DNA from: Diadema antillarum
Lineage: Eukaryota
Reading direction: 5' to 3'
Length of the DNA stretch: 64,000 nt
Assembly (NCBI RefSeq): GCF_040938485.1
Contig: NW_027271515.1
Location: forward strand, 62,001 to 126,000
The position numbers and the translations under genes are program-made. The stretch's first letter is position 1, and every line of letters begins with the position of its first letter. A model generated the notes under the pieces. It made no database searches. It worked only from the letters and a program-made list of their open reading frames with translations, and was not told the origin of the DNA. Below are positions 51,446 through 63,368 of this stretch, one piece after another.

Positions 51446-53983
51446 ACCCTCATCATAGTTGTTTTTTTTTTTTTTCATAAGTACCGTATTCTGTAAAACA
51501 CTTACATAGGTTCATTTATAGTTTGGCCCATATCTCTGTAAACTGATACTGTGCACTGCAGAAATCTAGATTATAGCCCCAAAATCTGTGGATGTTTATC
51601 TTCATTAGATTTATCATGCAAGCATCTGTGTGCCTTCCTATCACATCATTATACTGTGATAAGTATGGTTGACTCTCATTATACTGTGACATTATATTGG
51701 TTGACTTTCATTATCCATGTTCCAGATGTCTATTGCATAATATTGCAACAAGTTTGGATGGTTGTTTTTGTTTTTGTCTTTTTCTTTTCTCTTGCTATCA
51801 TCAGTCACTACTGAGTGTTTCTTCTGTTCCATATTAATTTTTACCATATCACTCATTGATTTGTACAATTTAAAATCATAACAATGTGGTTGTTGTTATC
51901 TCTTCATATTCACTCCAAACTCAAAAACAAAACCATAGACAAAACCCATTAGGCCTATAATAAGGAGCTGACTACTTCATCATGATGAAGTAGTCAGGTT
52001 CTTTTCACTGTCACATTTTAAGCTAAAATGCTAAAATACACTCCCATTATTATAAAAGCCCAAGTTGGCCTTAACAAAGGTTTCATCAAAGTCAAACATA
52101 AAATTGAAAATGAAGAATGGAATTTGCACACACATACTGTCAGGATACAATAAGATTGGTCATAATTGCACATGCAAATTGGACAGGGAGATGATATTAT
52201 CCTTTACTTATGTCAGTCCTGTTGGTTTCTGTATATGAGGATGGTATACTAGTATGTCATGTGATATCATGACATGTGCAACACAGTTGACAGATTGCTC
52301 AGGTGACTTGGTACATTTTCAACCCAGTGCAAGTTAATTCTGCTATGGGAAGGTTGGATACCAAAATATGTTTGTATGTGGGGTAACACAATTTGATCTT
52401 TTGATGCTCCATCCATAAGTTTATATGTGATTGACACTGAGGAGGTAGAAATCTAGTGAGTTCTGGCATAGAATACTGTGTGAGCAGAGCTGTATCTCTC
52501 TTCTACAACGACCTCACACCCAAAGTGATTGCAAGAGATGTTCACAATCCTTAAGGTATGTCCCTCATCATGAAGTGCACTACATTCACTGTATGCATTT
52601 CCAATCTTTAAAAAAAAAATCTGATTATCTGGGGAAATGAAGGTGCATCGATAGAGCATATGTTGAGTGAAGTTTTAAACTTCTAAGCAAGAAGTAACCC
52701 CTGTAGTTCTTATCAGCAATCACTATTCCTCTCCTATTCCTTCAAGAGCTGCTGTAGAACCACTCAACAACTACTCACCTTGTGTATCTGTAAACAGTCG
52801 ACATCATACATTATTGTTGTGCAGTCAAGTGCACCGATAGTGTCTGTATTAGTAGGAAAGCCAACAGTGGGCTATTCATGCTGCCATATAAAGCTGGCCA
52901 AATATATGCATGGTGTGAGTCATGGTGAAAAGCAAGGTCAACAGCTTCTTGGCAGTCACTGACCTACATGTTGGCTTAGAGATGAATCTGGCCTATCAAT
53001 TTGTGGTGGCTATGCATTGCCATTCATGCCAATGTGATCCAGAGAATTAGAAGTGAGAGAGCAAGACCCCCTGTGAAGAAAGATCACCACAAGACTGGCA
53101 CTTGACAGCTAGAGCTGATACTTCCTGGTGCTGCAATGATGTTAAAACAGTAACTTTGGACAGCTTTAAAGAAAACCGGTGTTTGTTCCTGTTGCTCGAC
53201 TGTACATCCTTGTGCTTCAGTGATTGCATAGCTCTGTGAATTAAAGGTCTTTTTGTGTTAAATAGTTTTTCCATGCACATTGTACGCGTACATGTAATAG
53301 AATACACTGATTCATATGAATTGTGGATTGTCCCCCCCTTTTTTTTTAGTGAGTAGCTTAAAACATAATCCTCTATTCTAGATGGATGCTGTCCATGACC
53401 TCCTATGAATGGGTTGTTTCCATGACAACATTTTGTTTAATGATTAAGACTACATTTGGATTATGGCTTGCCAACACTCACAAAAGACTGAAATGCATAT
53501 TCATTTTACCTTTCACTTGCTATAGATTTGCTTTTTCGTTTGAACCACACATACTCATAGAAACATATACCACATATATATGAGGTACAGGAACAATTTT
53601 TGAAAAGATGCATTTCATTGCAGGCAAGGGTAAACATTAACACTGTCATCTTTTCCAACATCAATTATAGCCATAGTTGTTAACCACTTTGATATTTCTC
53701 AAAAAAAAAAATGTGTAAAAAGGCTGAACATGGACACAAACCTTATCACAAAAGCCCAGTTAAATTCAAAGTAATCTGTCCACTTTTCAGACTACCATCA
53801 GGATAAACAAACTATCAGTACCCACAACTGCTGAGAAGTGAAATAAATATATATTTTCAGCTTAAAACACCAGTATAAGTTTGATTAAGAAGAGCTACAA
53901 AGGGATATTAAAAGAAGCATTTCACATTTTTTTTTTTGCATGATTGAACCTTCAGGTTGGAGAATACCCATGCCCCCACTTCC

Positions 53984-54092
53984 TAGTCTAGTTCTGCCTC
54001 CGTTGCGCAGTTCTCGGGATCGCGCCCTCACTCGGCTTAACGCGTATAGTCGGCGAAAAGAGAATCGATAAAAAGGGTCCAGAACTAGACTA
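53984..54092. mobile_element. Short TAG...CTA TIR element (AcademH-like MITE)
   Basis: Perfect 13-bp TIR TAGTCTAGTTCTG / CAGAACTAGACTA; 9-bp flanks CCCACTTCC / CCACCTTCC match at 7/9. Confidence 0.55.
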
Positions 54093-54935
54093 CCACCTTC
54101 CTGATACCACCACCTTCACTCTCACTTATTTGTTTATTTAGGCCTGTTGTTATCTATTTATTTATCTATTGTTGTGACAAACGTTTGCTCAAGACTGATG
54201 AGATTCTGTGAAAGTTGGCAGACATGGGCATTAGTACCACCAGTGCATAATTGGACAACAAATTGAAAATCAAATTGTTTGCACACACCAACACAAAACT
54301 ACCATTGTGTAATTGGGTATTAAGGACATTGTCCTATGCTATGTGAGTTTAGTCTTGAACGATGCACAAACATTTTCACACATCATTATTTGCTTATGTA
54401 CAGTCATTTTTAGACTACTATTAGTACTAATTTAATGACAGGAAAACTTTGCACTTCTCTTAAAAGGTGGTTCCCAAGGTGACACATACTGTTTTGATTT
54501 TAGGGATAAAAGTAAGATATCACACATCTCTTCAAGGCACCCAACTGACAAATTTTGCAGCTTTACAACCCTTGGGCTGCAGCTGGACAGGGATTCAATC
54601 AAGGTCAAGGAGAGCATATTACATTTCTAATCTGGTATACACTTGTCATATCTTTCTTTCTTTTAAGGACAATAGACAATATTATTGTGTATAAGTCTAA
54701 CTGCAACATTTATTCAATGGTGTAGACATGTCGTCATGATCAGAGGTCATGATAGAGGGGAATATGCTTTTAATATTCATTTTTTTAAAATCTCGCTCAG
54801 GCCTACATGACAAATCTTTTAGTCAGGTATGGATGGGTATGGACATTGAAATGGAAAACACACTTTGATTTTCAACGACAATACAGTGTACGAAACCAAA
54901 TTAGTGTGTGTGGCCCTGGGCTTGGGTATATGCTC

Positions 54936-54949
54936 CAGTGGCAGATCAG

Positions 54950-54992
<43 letters not shown>

Positions 54993-55160
54993 GGCGTACT
55001 AGGTGTCCCCTTTATTTCCTTTTTAAATACCGAAGTATGCATGAAATCGCATGATGAACAACATAATATAAGAAATCTCCCTACGGGGGGGGGGGGGGGG
55101 GGGGGGGGTGGGGGGGGACCCTGTCCCCCCCCCTTTCCAAAATTCCTGGATCCGCACCTG
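54936..55160. mobile_element. GGCGGATCCAG-family MITE in reverse orientation, with poly-G runs
   Basis: CAGTGGCAGATCAG ... CCTGGATCCGCACCTG; flanks TGCTC/TGATC. Confidence 0.7.
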
Positions 55161-55542
55161 TGATCTAGGGACTACCTCTCATAGCGGTGTGTGTATACAC
55201 GGCATTATGATAATGACGCCTCGGCAAGAAGAAACTGGTTGCTAAATTATCCGACTTTTAATTATATCAGGCTAAATGAAATTCTAGAAGACACATAAAT
55301 CGGCAAATTTAAGTTTGCCATGATTAGAATAATAGTTAATCACAGATAGAGATGACGTATCTCAGAGACTCCAACTCTCCCGCCGAAAGCCCATTCTTGC
55401 AAAATCTCCCGTTCTCCCGCTTGAGAGTTAATTTCTACCGCCCTGGTTCTGTGTCTCCCGCTTGAAATGATTTCTTACTTATTGTCGTCGTATGTTGAAA
55501 AACAAGCCTTAGATAGCATGAGAGAGCATCTAGAACCCTAGA

Positions 55543-55717
55543 CCAGGGGGGTGTTTCATCAATTTAGTCAGCGCTGACGAGCTGTCAGTCCCTGACAATT
55601 TCGGTAAAATCCTTGGTTCAATTGCCTGAGAAGCTTAGGTCACTGACTGATACTATGGTGATTGTAAGAGACTGACAACTTGTCAGCGCTGACAACTTTG
55701 ATGAAACGCTCTCCTGG
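55543..55717. mobile_element. Palindromic MITE (possibly Harbinger-like)
   Basis: CCAGGGGGGTGTTTCATCAA..GTCAGCGCTGAC ... GTCAGCGCTGAC..TTGATGAAACGCTCTCCTGG. Confidence 0.65.
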
Positions 55718-56079
55718 ACCCCGGCCGTAAGGAACTTCGCGCTTCGCGCACATCAATGTTGGAGTCTCCCGTTTGCTAGAGGTTTCAGGCGGGAGAATCT
55801 CCAGATCAGAAGGTGCCTGGGGTTGGAGTCTCTGGTATCTTGCCCGGCCCCTTTTAATGGCGCTAACCGGAAATTCTTCGTCTTACCATGTACATGTCAC
55901 GGGTACACCGCTGTTTACATAACTAGTGCAGTTGACACGTCACACAATGGATCAAAATCATATGGCGTGAGCATGTGGTACCATAACAGGGACAAAACCG
56001 TCACAAACATTCAGGTAATTGGAAAAATGCCACAACTACCACGTACTAAGTATATTGCGCCCAAACAATAGGTCTTTCG

Positions 56080-56200
56080 ATTCCGCGGCCGTAGGCGGGC
56101 ACTTTGTTTCTTGCTGCGACATCATTGGATCCTGTGTGCGTTGATGCCATGGGTCACGAACTTTTCACCAATCGCGTGCGCGCATCAGCCTAGTGCAAGT
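56080..56200. promoter_or_regulatory. Promoter-like CpG-rich island (GC box, two opposed CCAAT boxes)
   Basis: AGGCGGGC at ~56093, ATTGG at ~56123, CCAAT at ~56168, locally high CpG. The target transcript is unknown. Confidence 0.35.
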
Positions 56201-57479
56201 GTTAGATGATACGAAGGTCAACAAACTTTAAGCCCACCTCGTAACTCCCCAGGAAGAAAAAGAAACCAGTCGAGGAAATTCAGATATGTGTGCAGAGAAC
56301 ATTTACATGATATTTCTTGTATTGTGACTAGAGATTGGGTTTACAATACGGGATAAATTAGGAGAAAATACTTTTCGCCCTGTGTTGAAGTTGATGACTT
56401 AGAAACGAACACGAAAAACAAGAAACAGGACCATGAAATATTAGATTACACAAAAGATCAGAAAATTAATGATAGGAACTACATGAATTTAAGTTTGGGT
56501 TTTCTTCAAACAGTACAATTCTTCAAACAGTAGAATAAGCCATATTATGGAAATTCTGAGACACGTACTACGATGATGTTATCAACTTTCTCATTTCTTT
56601 TATTTGTTGGTCTACGTAAATAATGCTCTCACAGTCATGAACACTCGTGAACATAATAAATCCAGTCTTAAAGATATAGTCACACATGATCCAATGCACT
56701 GCTGCTGAGTTTTACTGGTGTCTCCTTTCAATGGTGCCGCTCCCAAATATCTCGATGAATCTTTAGTGATCCAATACTGTGCTCTCCCGCGATCTCAGAT
56801 CGCTTTGAACAATATTTTGCCTCGTCTTGTCATTCAGACTAAGTTTTATAGAGAGCAATCTATTGCTAAGCACGCTGCCCCTTCACTTTAGCCAATATTA
56901 TCCCATCTTTTTGAAGACCTCATTCACAACATCCAAGTTTATAATCGTCCTGAAAAACATTTATTCAAAAAGCGTTTTGAATGAGTTGCGTTTCCATTTG
57001 ATAGCATCTTTCCCTCCTTTTATGAGAGACGCAATGGCGGTATTATGCCACTTAATAACATATTATCATTAATGCTAGAAATTTGTACTTTTTCAATGAT
57101 TCGTCAGCTATATAACCCCTTTCCTCATAACAATTTTATAATTTCTTAAACGCCAGAACAATTATTTTGTCACATTTCTTCTTGATATCCTTCAAAGATG
57201 AAGATTATTTGCATGCAAGAGAATGGGCGATTTTAGAGGCCGTGGCCTCACCGCCTCATCTTCTAGTAATTTGTGTAGTGACATGTGACCGATATCACCT
57301 TTCAAAGAAAAAAAAAAGTGAAATAAGAATTCCGTGATATTCTAATTAAAGCTGTGACGGAACTTTGCTAAAATTTTGCTAGCCATGTAACTTGATTTGT
57401 TCTTCATAATAATATGACTAGTTCTTTGCTCTTGAATCTTAGTATTTAGTAATCATGAATCTTAAAATTTAGTAAGTAG

Positions 57480-57700
57480 CACGTGCAGTTCAAGAGGGCT
57501 GTTGTCTTTCGCTCGAAGCAGAGTACGAGGTAAGAGGCAAGGCGACATGCGATTGGACAGACAGCGAGGCGGCGCGCGCTTCTCGGAACAACATCCGCGC
57601 GACTTTCGACCATCTTCGTCATCATCGTTGATGTGCTTGTGATGTCATCAGTAGAGATCATTAGTGGCTTGTCGCTTGCCGCCCGCCCTCTTGCGCACCA
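57480..57700 (+). promoter_or_regulatory. CpG-rich promoter/5' UTR region of the FANCA-like gene
   Basis: CpG-dense segment with ATTGG and a YY1-like CCATCTT, immediately upstream of the ATG at 57700. Confidence 0.4.
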
Positions 57701-57847
57701 TGCAGGGAGAGAGACCACACGATCGAAGAAAAATTGAAGAAGAGTATGCCGGTGTGATGAACGTATCAAATAATCACGGGCACGGTATCTTATCACCTTC
57801 AGAGGTTGTAAGGCCAAGGGCCACTACACCTCTTCGGTGTTTGATAA
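57700..57847 (+). CDS. FANCA: FANCA-like gene, probable first coding exon
   Basis: ATG (GCACCATGC) in the CpG island; strong A|GTAAGT donor in phase 1, matching the 60652 exon. Little sequence similarity, so the assignment rests on phase and position. ATG 57757 is an alternative start. Confidence 0.45.
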
Positions 57848-59149
57848 GTAAGTAGGAAATATTCCAGTTAAATGTTAAACATTTTTAACCGTGAGTGCAG
57901 TGCTCATTCAATGGCAATGCAGACGACTAAATTTTAGTCCCATTCGTACATTTTTGTGATGTACCGCAACGCAAAGATAGACTAGTTTTAACCGTTAGAG
58001 ACCATCTCTATTAGATACGCCACGCAAATGTGCACGGGTATTTAATCTTTCTGTGACATTTAGCAAGTGGTAGGGGAAAGCGTGCATCTTTACATAACTT
58101 CAAGTACAGGTTGCCGGTTTCTACTAACACTTTCTAGTGAGATAATGAGAAACCCCTTAGTAGGGCCTTAAATTTTATATGAGATGCGAAATTCAAGAGG
58201 GATAGATAGAGTTTCTAATGTTAAACCTATGCTATGGATTCAATGTTTATGTGATAAAAATTGGCATCAAGATTTATCTATTGATATGAGAATTGTTCTG
58301 CACAAGATCTGACTCTTCTTTAATACTCAGTAATTCACAGTAAAACTCAAAGTGGATATTTTGACGCTGTGCAGAATAAGATGAATTTTGTGCATAATTT
58401 TTCAATTCCGTGGAATCAATCAAGGTAAAATTTATTAATCATTCACTCAGTGAAACATATGACAAGTAAAAATATTTGCATGCTTTTATCTGTGTGCTTT
58501 TTTCTAGTTGCGCGAAATGCATGGAAATTTCCACAGTACAACGCAAGAATGTCCACTTTTACATTAATACAGACTTAATGGTATTTTTAATTTATCATTG
58601 TTTCTGTCATCACTAATCTTGTACTCCTTTCATTGCTGTTCATTTCATCACTGCTGGTACCAGGTAACATCTTCATATCTCCATAGACTTGGCACAAAGT
58701 GAAGACGTACACACTAGTGAGTGGTGATCGACATAAACCAGGATTTGGCCTTTAATACTAATATTTTTATTGACTGGTATCTCAACATGTAGTGCACAAT
58801 GAGTTAAGTATAAATTATCAAACAAGTTGAGTCTTGATGAGTATAGAGCTAAAGAGATGGAATGAAAAACCACTGAGACACAAAGACAGCACCAGAGGAG
58901 AGGTAGGCAGAAAGATCTGTCTGTTTAGAGGAGTTTTACAGATGTAAAGTTTGAAATGGATGTAAAGGGTGAGGTGCTTCATCATCATCATCTTCATCAC
59001 CATCTCTTTAGGTGGTCCTGTTGAGACTTCTGGTCATTCTTTCATATGGTACATGATCCTAAGTGTATACGGTATGTGGTGAGTGAACGGACTAGTAGTA
59101 GTACATCCCTTGGGAAAGAGATTGGTGTTGGGAGGACTTATTCTTGTCC

Positions 59150-60120
59150 CACTTAGACTTGAAAGTATTGTGATGGAGCCAAGATTACTGATGAAGGGAG
59201 ACTATTTAAGGAGTCGGTCACTCTCTGACTAAAAGTGTTTCTTCTCAGAGCTGTGTTGGATCTTTGTCTGAATAACTTCAGGTTATGTCCTGTAGGACTT
59301 TCATGTACGGCTGAGATGAAGTAAATCTTGGGGTCAATGTTCACAGGTTCATTCATTATCTTGTATACTTCAACCATGTCACCTCTACATGGGAGTAGGC
59401 CTACCTGCCAAGGCTTATAAGTCACGCTTGATAAGGTGAGTGCATGAGATCCGGGATCAGTTTTGTCGCGAGCTCTTTTTTGAACCTTTTCAATCTTTTC
59501 AGCATCAGCTTTAACCCTGGGATGCCAAATCACATTACCATACTTGAAAAGAGGGCAGACAAGAGCTTTGAAAAAAATTGGAGAATCTTGTGAATGTTCT
59601 CTTGATATGCCTTAGCATCTAATTGACTCTGTTCGCAGCTTTAGCAACATGTTCTTGAAAGGTTAGTTCATTGTCAATGACACCAAGGTCCTCCGTAGCA
59701 GTTTCCTGCAAAACCTAGTTGTTCATGTTGTAAGCTGTCATAGCATTACCTCTTCCTATGTGCATGACTTTGCATTTAGCTGTGTTGAAGGTGAGTTGCC
59801 AGGATTCATCCCGAGAGGTAGCACTCCGTAGCACTACTCCTTGTGATAGACTTCTGTGACACTGCCTATAAGTTAACCTGTTCCATACGGGAACCTGGTG
59901 GCCCGTGTATAAGTCTATGGGGACTTCAGAATTCAGTATGGAACGGGTTAAACTTACAGGCCTTTAGTTACTAGCATGTTAACTGTTACCGGTACCTTTC
60001 TTATGGATCGGTGTCACATTGCTCATTTTCCATTCCACTGGTAAGACTCCTTCATTCAGAGATCTCTGGAAAATGATTGCAAGGGGGTAACTGATCTCCT
60101 TGGCAATCTCCTTCAACACT
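59150..60120 (-). mobile_element. Degenerate CR1/L2-clade LINE ORF2 3' fragment
   Basis: WHP..KAD.EKIEKVQKRA ... RGDMVEVYKIMN ... GHNLKLFRQRSNTALRRNTFSQRV..SLNSLP, with frameshifts. Confidence 0.85.
59877..59947. mobile_element. 71-bp piggyBac-like mini-element inside the CR1 fragment
   Basis: TTAA|CCTGTTCCATAC ... GTATGGAACGGG|TTAA. Confidence 0.75.
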
Positions 60121-60651
60121 CACTCTCCTCATTTACAGCTAGTTCACAGACTTAGACAACAAATTTAAATGACATTGTAAAATTGATATATAACAAGTAC
60201 AGTAGTGTTCAGTAGAGAAGTAGATGTCCTACCCATGGCATTTGTCCCGTATTATAAACCACAGAGAAGCAGAAGCACCGATGATGAGTAATTCTGTGTC
60301 TTTTGGTGTTCATCAGTACCCTCCAGTCAGTCCTTTTTCCCCCAGAAACAGTCCACCTTTGGAACATTGGCCACACTCGGCTGTTAAAGGCACTGGTACA
60401 TCTTTCAAATCTGCCGTAATAAAAAAGCCTTCAAATTTTGTCTACTTCTGCTTGCGCTGTAACCTCTGGTCATATTCCCTAGTGAACCTTTAGGAGAGGA
60501 TCAACATAAGGTAGAGGCAATATCATGTTGATATCTTGAGTGTCCACAATGAGTAGGCCACAGATCAAGATCAACACTTGTTGAGGAGAGATATGAAAGT
60601 GTCGTGGTTTACAAAGTAAGCTTTTTTTCCATTGATGATTAAATACCACAG

Positions 60652-60782
60652 AGCAGAGGAAGATCCTGAATAAAGGCCTCGGATCAAGGACAAAGAAAGT
60701 CTTGCAGAATGCTGCCCTCAGGCTCTTGGATCATCACCAAGATGTCGACAAATTGCTCCAAGAGATGCAGAGGGAGACCAAG
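60652..60782 (+). CDS. FANCA: FANCA-like exon (QRKILNKGLGSRTKKVLQNAALRLLDHHQDVDKLLQEMQRETK)
   Basis: Aligns by eye with the human FANCA N-terminus as I recall it ([24 protein letters not shown]). CAG| acceptor, AAG|GTACTG donor, phase 1 to 0. Confidence 0.8.
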
Positions 60783-61073
60783 GTACTGGTATTACAGTGA
60801 TAAGGGTGAAGGTAACCATATCCTAGGTATGACACCTCTATTCCTTTAAAGCTAATTACAGCTTTGGTGATGAACATAACTTTTGAAAGAAGCTGTTTAT
60901 CAAATATTCTTTGGAAGTTCCAAATGATCAGGAATATTGGATGTAGTGTATGTAACAAACACTGCAAAAAGCCTCCAAAGCTGTGTCACAAATTCATATC
61001 AAACGATGGTACTGTGGGTGCTGAATATTAGTTGAGGGTTTTATTTTTGCAAATTTAACAAAGTCCCAAAGTA

Positions 61074-61109
<36 letters not shown>

Positions 61110-61448
61110 ATACGTTACCAATTAGTATGAACATGATGCAGCATGGACAGGCAGCAGCTGCACACAGTCTTACAGATGCCTGGCCTATTATACACACCTG
61201 CATGTCATGCCTACAAGTACAATTGTACATAATAAATATCATGATTATGCTGTGCAGAGCAATATTTGCATTCCTAATTGCAAATTCAATCACCGGAGAG
61301 AAGGTCATACAACTCCCAATTTGCACATTGTTATACCCATCAAATATTTAGCAACCACAGTATCTTCTTTACACCAAGCAGGTATGTATATCCAGAGTGA
61401 AGCAGAAACCATTATCACTGCAAGATCATCCTTTGTGACTTGTGACAG

Positions 61449-61563
61449 AAACCTTTGCAAAGCCGCCAGCAGGATGAAGGCAGATCTGATGTGTCTCCCA
61501 CAGGCTCACCTTCCCAATATGGCATGTGTGGGAACATTTCACCAGATGGTGATCAATTTCAAG
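61449..61563 (+). CDS. FANCA: FANCA-like exon (KPLQSRQQDEGRSDVSPTGSPSQYGMCGNISPDGDQFQ)
   Basis: GACAG| acceptor, G|GTAACA donor, phase 0 to 1. Bridges the two recognisable exons; corresponds to a low-conservation linker. Confidence 0.6.
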
Positions 61564-62135
61564 GTAACATACCTAGAAGTTTCTCACTCCATTATGCATC
61601 TGGCTTGACTGAAATGCATTTGTGTCTCTTCATACATATTCCTGATTCCTGTGCATTAATAGTTAAGATTGCCTTTTGAAATTGAGTATCCTATAAGATT
61701 GTGAGTGCATATGGTCTCTTCTTCATTTGACAAATAGTTAGAATTACAATCTGTCCTGAAATAGACCAATTTAGGACAAGCGTTGTTGATATCAATGTTT
61801 TTCAGTGTTTCCACAGCTACAGTAATTTTGAAGGTAAGAAGTAAGGTCTGATGAATGCCATTCATGCAGAAGCAATGTTTATGAATGTTGTGCTGAAGGC
61901 CTGATCATGAACTCATTGCAGGCATTTTTGCTTGTAAAAATGCACAGGTATTACAGACCATTAAGAGTATTTAAAGTAAGGGTATTTTTAAGTTCAATTC
62001 TCGTCATTTATACAACATTTTAGAGCATCCTTCCTTTGTTAGAGATTGCTACTGTTGCTCAAAGAATGAGTACAATGAAGGCAAGGATATAGAATGAAAA
62101 CAGAAACAATGCACAAACTAAGCAGCTTGTATCTG

Positions 62136-63162
62136 TTTTTATGCCTCCGCAACGAAGTGGCCGGAGGCATTATGTTTTCGGGTTGTCCGTCCGTCCGTCC
62201 GTCCGTCCGTCCGTCCGTCCGTCCGTCCGTCCGTACGTCCGTACGTCTGTCCGTCCCGTTTTGTTTTTGTCGATATCTCAAGAACCGTGTGGTGGTTTTA
62301 CATCAAACTTGGTATGAGAGTATATCCTTGGGGGATAATACTTTGTGTGGATTTTAGGGTCACAGGGTCAAAGGTCAAAGGTCAGGTTATTTTGTGAAAA
62401 AAAAATTGAAATTTCATGTTTTTCTCCATATCTTGCAAATGGTTCAAGGTATCTTCATGGAACTTAGTATATATGCTTGTACCGATGGGCAGTGATTATC
62501 TAGGGAAGTTGGGGGTCATGGGTCAAAGGTCAGGGGGGTCAAAGGTCAAGGTCAACTCCTCAAAATATCACTACTTTCCTTATATTTATGCAATGAATGA
62601 AGGTTTTTTTTTTTTTAACTTGATGTATACATGTATTACCCAATATATATTCTGTGGGAAGTTTCTTGCCAAAAGGTCAAAGGTCAAGTGAAAGTGCTGA
62701 ATTGCACTTTTTCCTCCATATCTCAAAAGTAACTCAAGGTATCATCATGAAACTTACATATTTATGCATGTTCAACCTAACTGATTCTCTTTGGAACTGT
62801 GAGGTCAAAGGTCAAAGGCCAGGTTCAGATGATGCTATTTTCCCATTTGATACTGAAATTATACTTTTTCTCAATACCTTGAAAAATTACTCAATGCATA
62901 AACTTATAAAAGGGTCAAAAGTCAAGTAAAAATCATCAGTTCCCCAAATACCTGCACTCTGACATTTTAATCATTCATCCAATTGAACCTAGTTCTAGGA
63001 AAGTGAACATTCAGCACATTTGTGTCAAACCTGTCATTTTAATATTTTGCCAATTGTTTGAAACTGTCATCACACATTGTCAAGACATTGTACTATAGAC
63101 CTATTAGGAGAACCATGCATTATGGCGGAGGCATATCAGTCGCCCTAGCGATATATCTAGTT
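62136..63162 (+). mobile_element. Helentron-associated (DINE-1/HINE-like) element in a FANCA intron
   Basis: SubTIRs TATGCCTCCGC / GCGGAGGCATA, (GTCC)n at 62186-62235, stem-loop TCGCCCTAGCGA, CTAG end, inserted in a T run. Confidence 0.8.
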
Positions 63163-63201
63163 TTTTTCTCTATTTTTCCACTTTTCTATTAAAAATGTCA
63201 G

Positions 63202-63368
63202 CCGGAGCTATAGTGTCATGTTTGCGGCAACAAGCAGAACTGAGTGGCATGCCTGTCTCGCTGTTGTCTGCCAAGAAGTGTGCAGAGTTCCTCAGTACTG
63301 TTGCCAGTAGCAACCAGTCGCTAGGAGACAGTCATATGATTCATGGACTCCTTACACCAGAGGCAAAG
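63202..63368 (+). CDS. FANCA: FANCA-like exon (GAIVSCLRQQAELSGMPVSLLSAKKCAEFL...HMIHGLLTPEAK); gene continues beyond the window
   Basis: Aligns by eye with recalled human FANCA [29 protein letters not shown]...HPVLLTVEQR. TCAG| acceptor, AAG|GTTAGT donor, phase 1 to 0. Confidence 0.8.

Noticed and set aside
850-59405. Frequent TAGGCCTA palindromes
   Set aside because: Scattered with no positional pattern; looks like a genome-wide compositional feature, not a local system.
60564-60615. 52-nt exon-like segment (…MKVSWFTK|GTAAGC) as a FANCA exon
   Set aside because: The intron to 60652 would be only ~36 nt and the phase does not match.
61207-61608. 133-aa ORF as a FANCA exon
   Set aside because: The phase-compatible exon is in another frame (61449-61563); the long frame does not join the flanking exons consistently.
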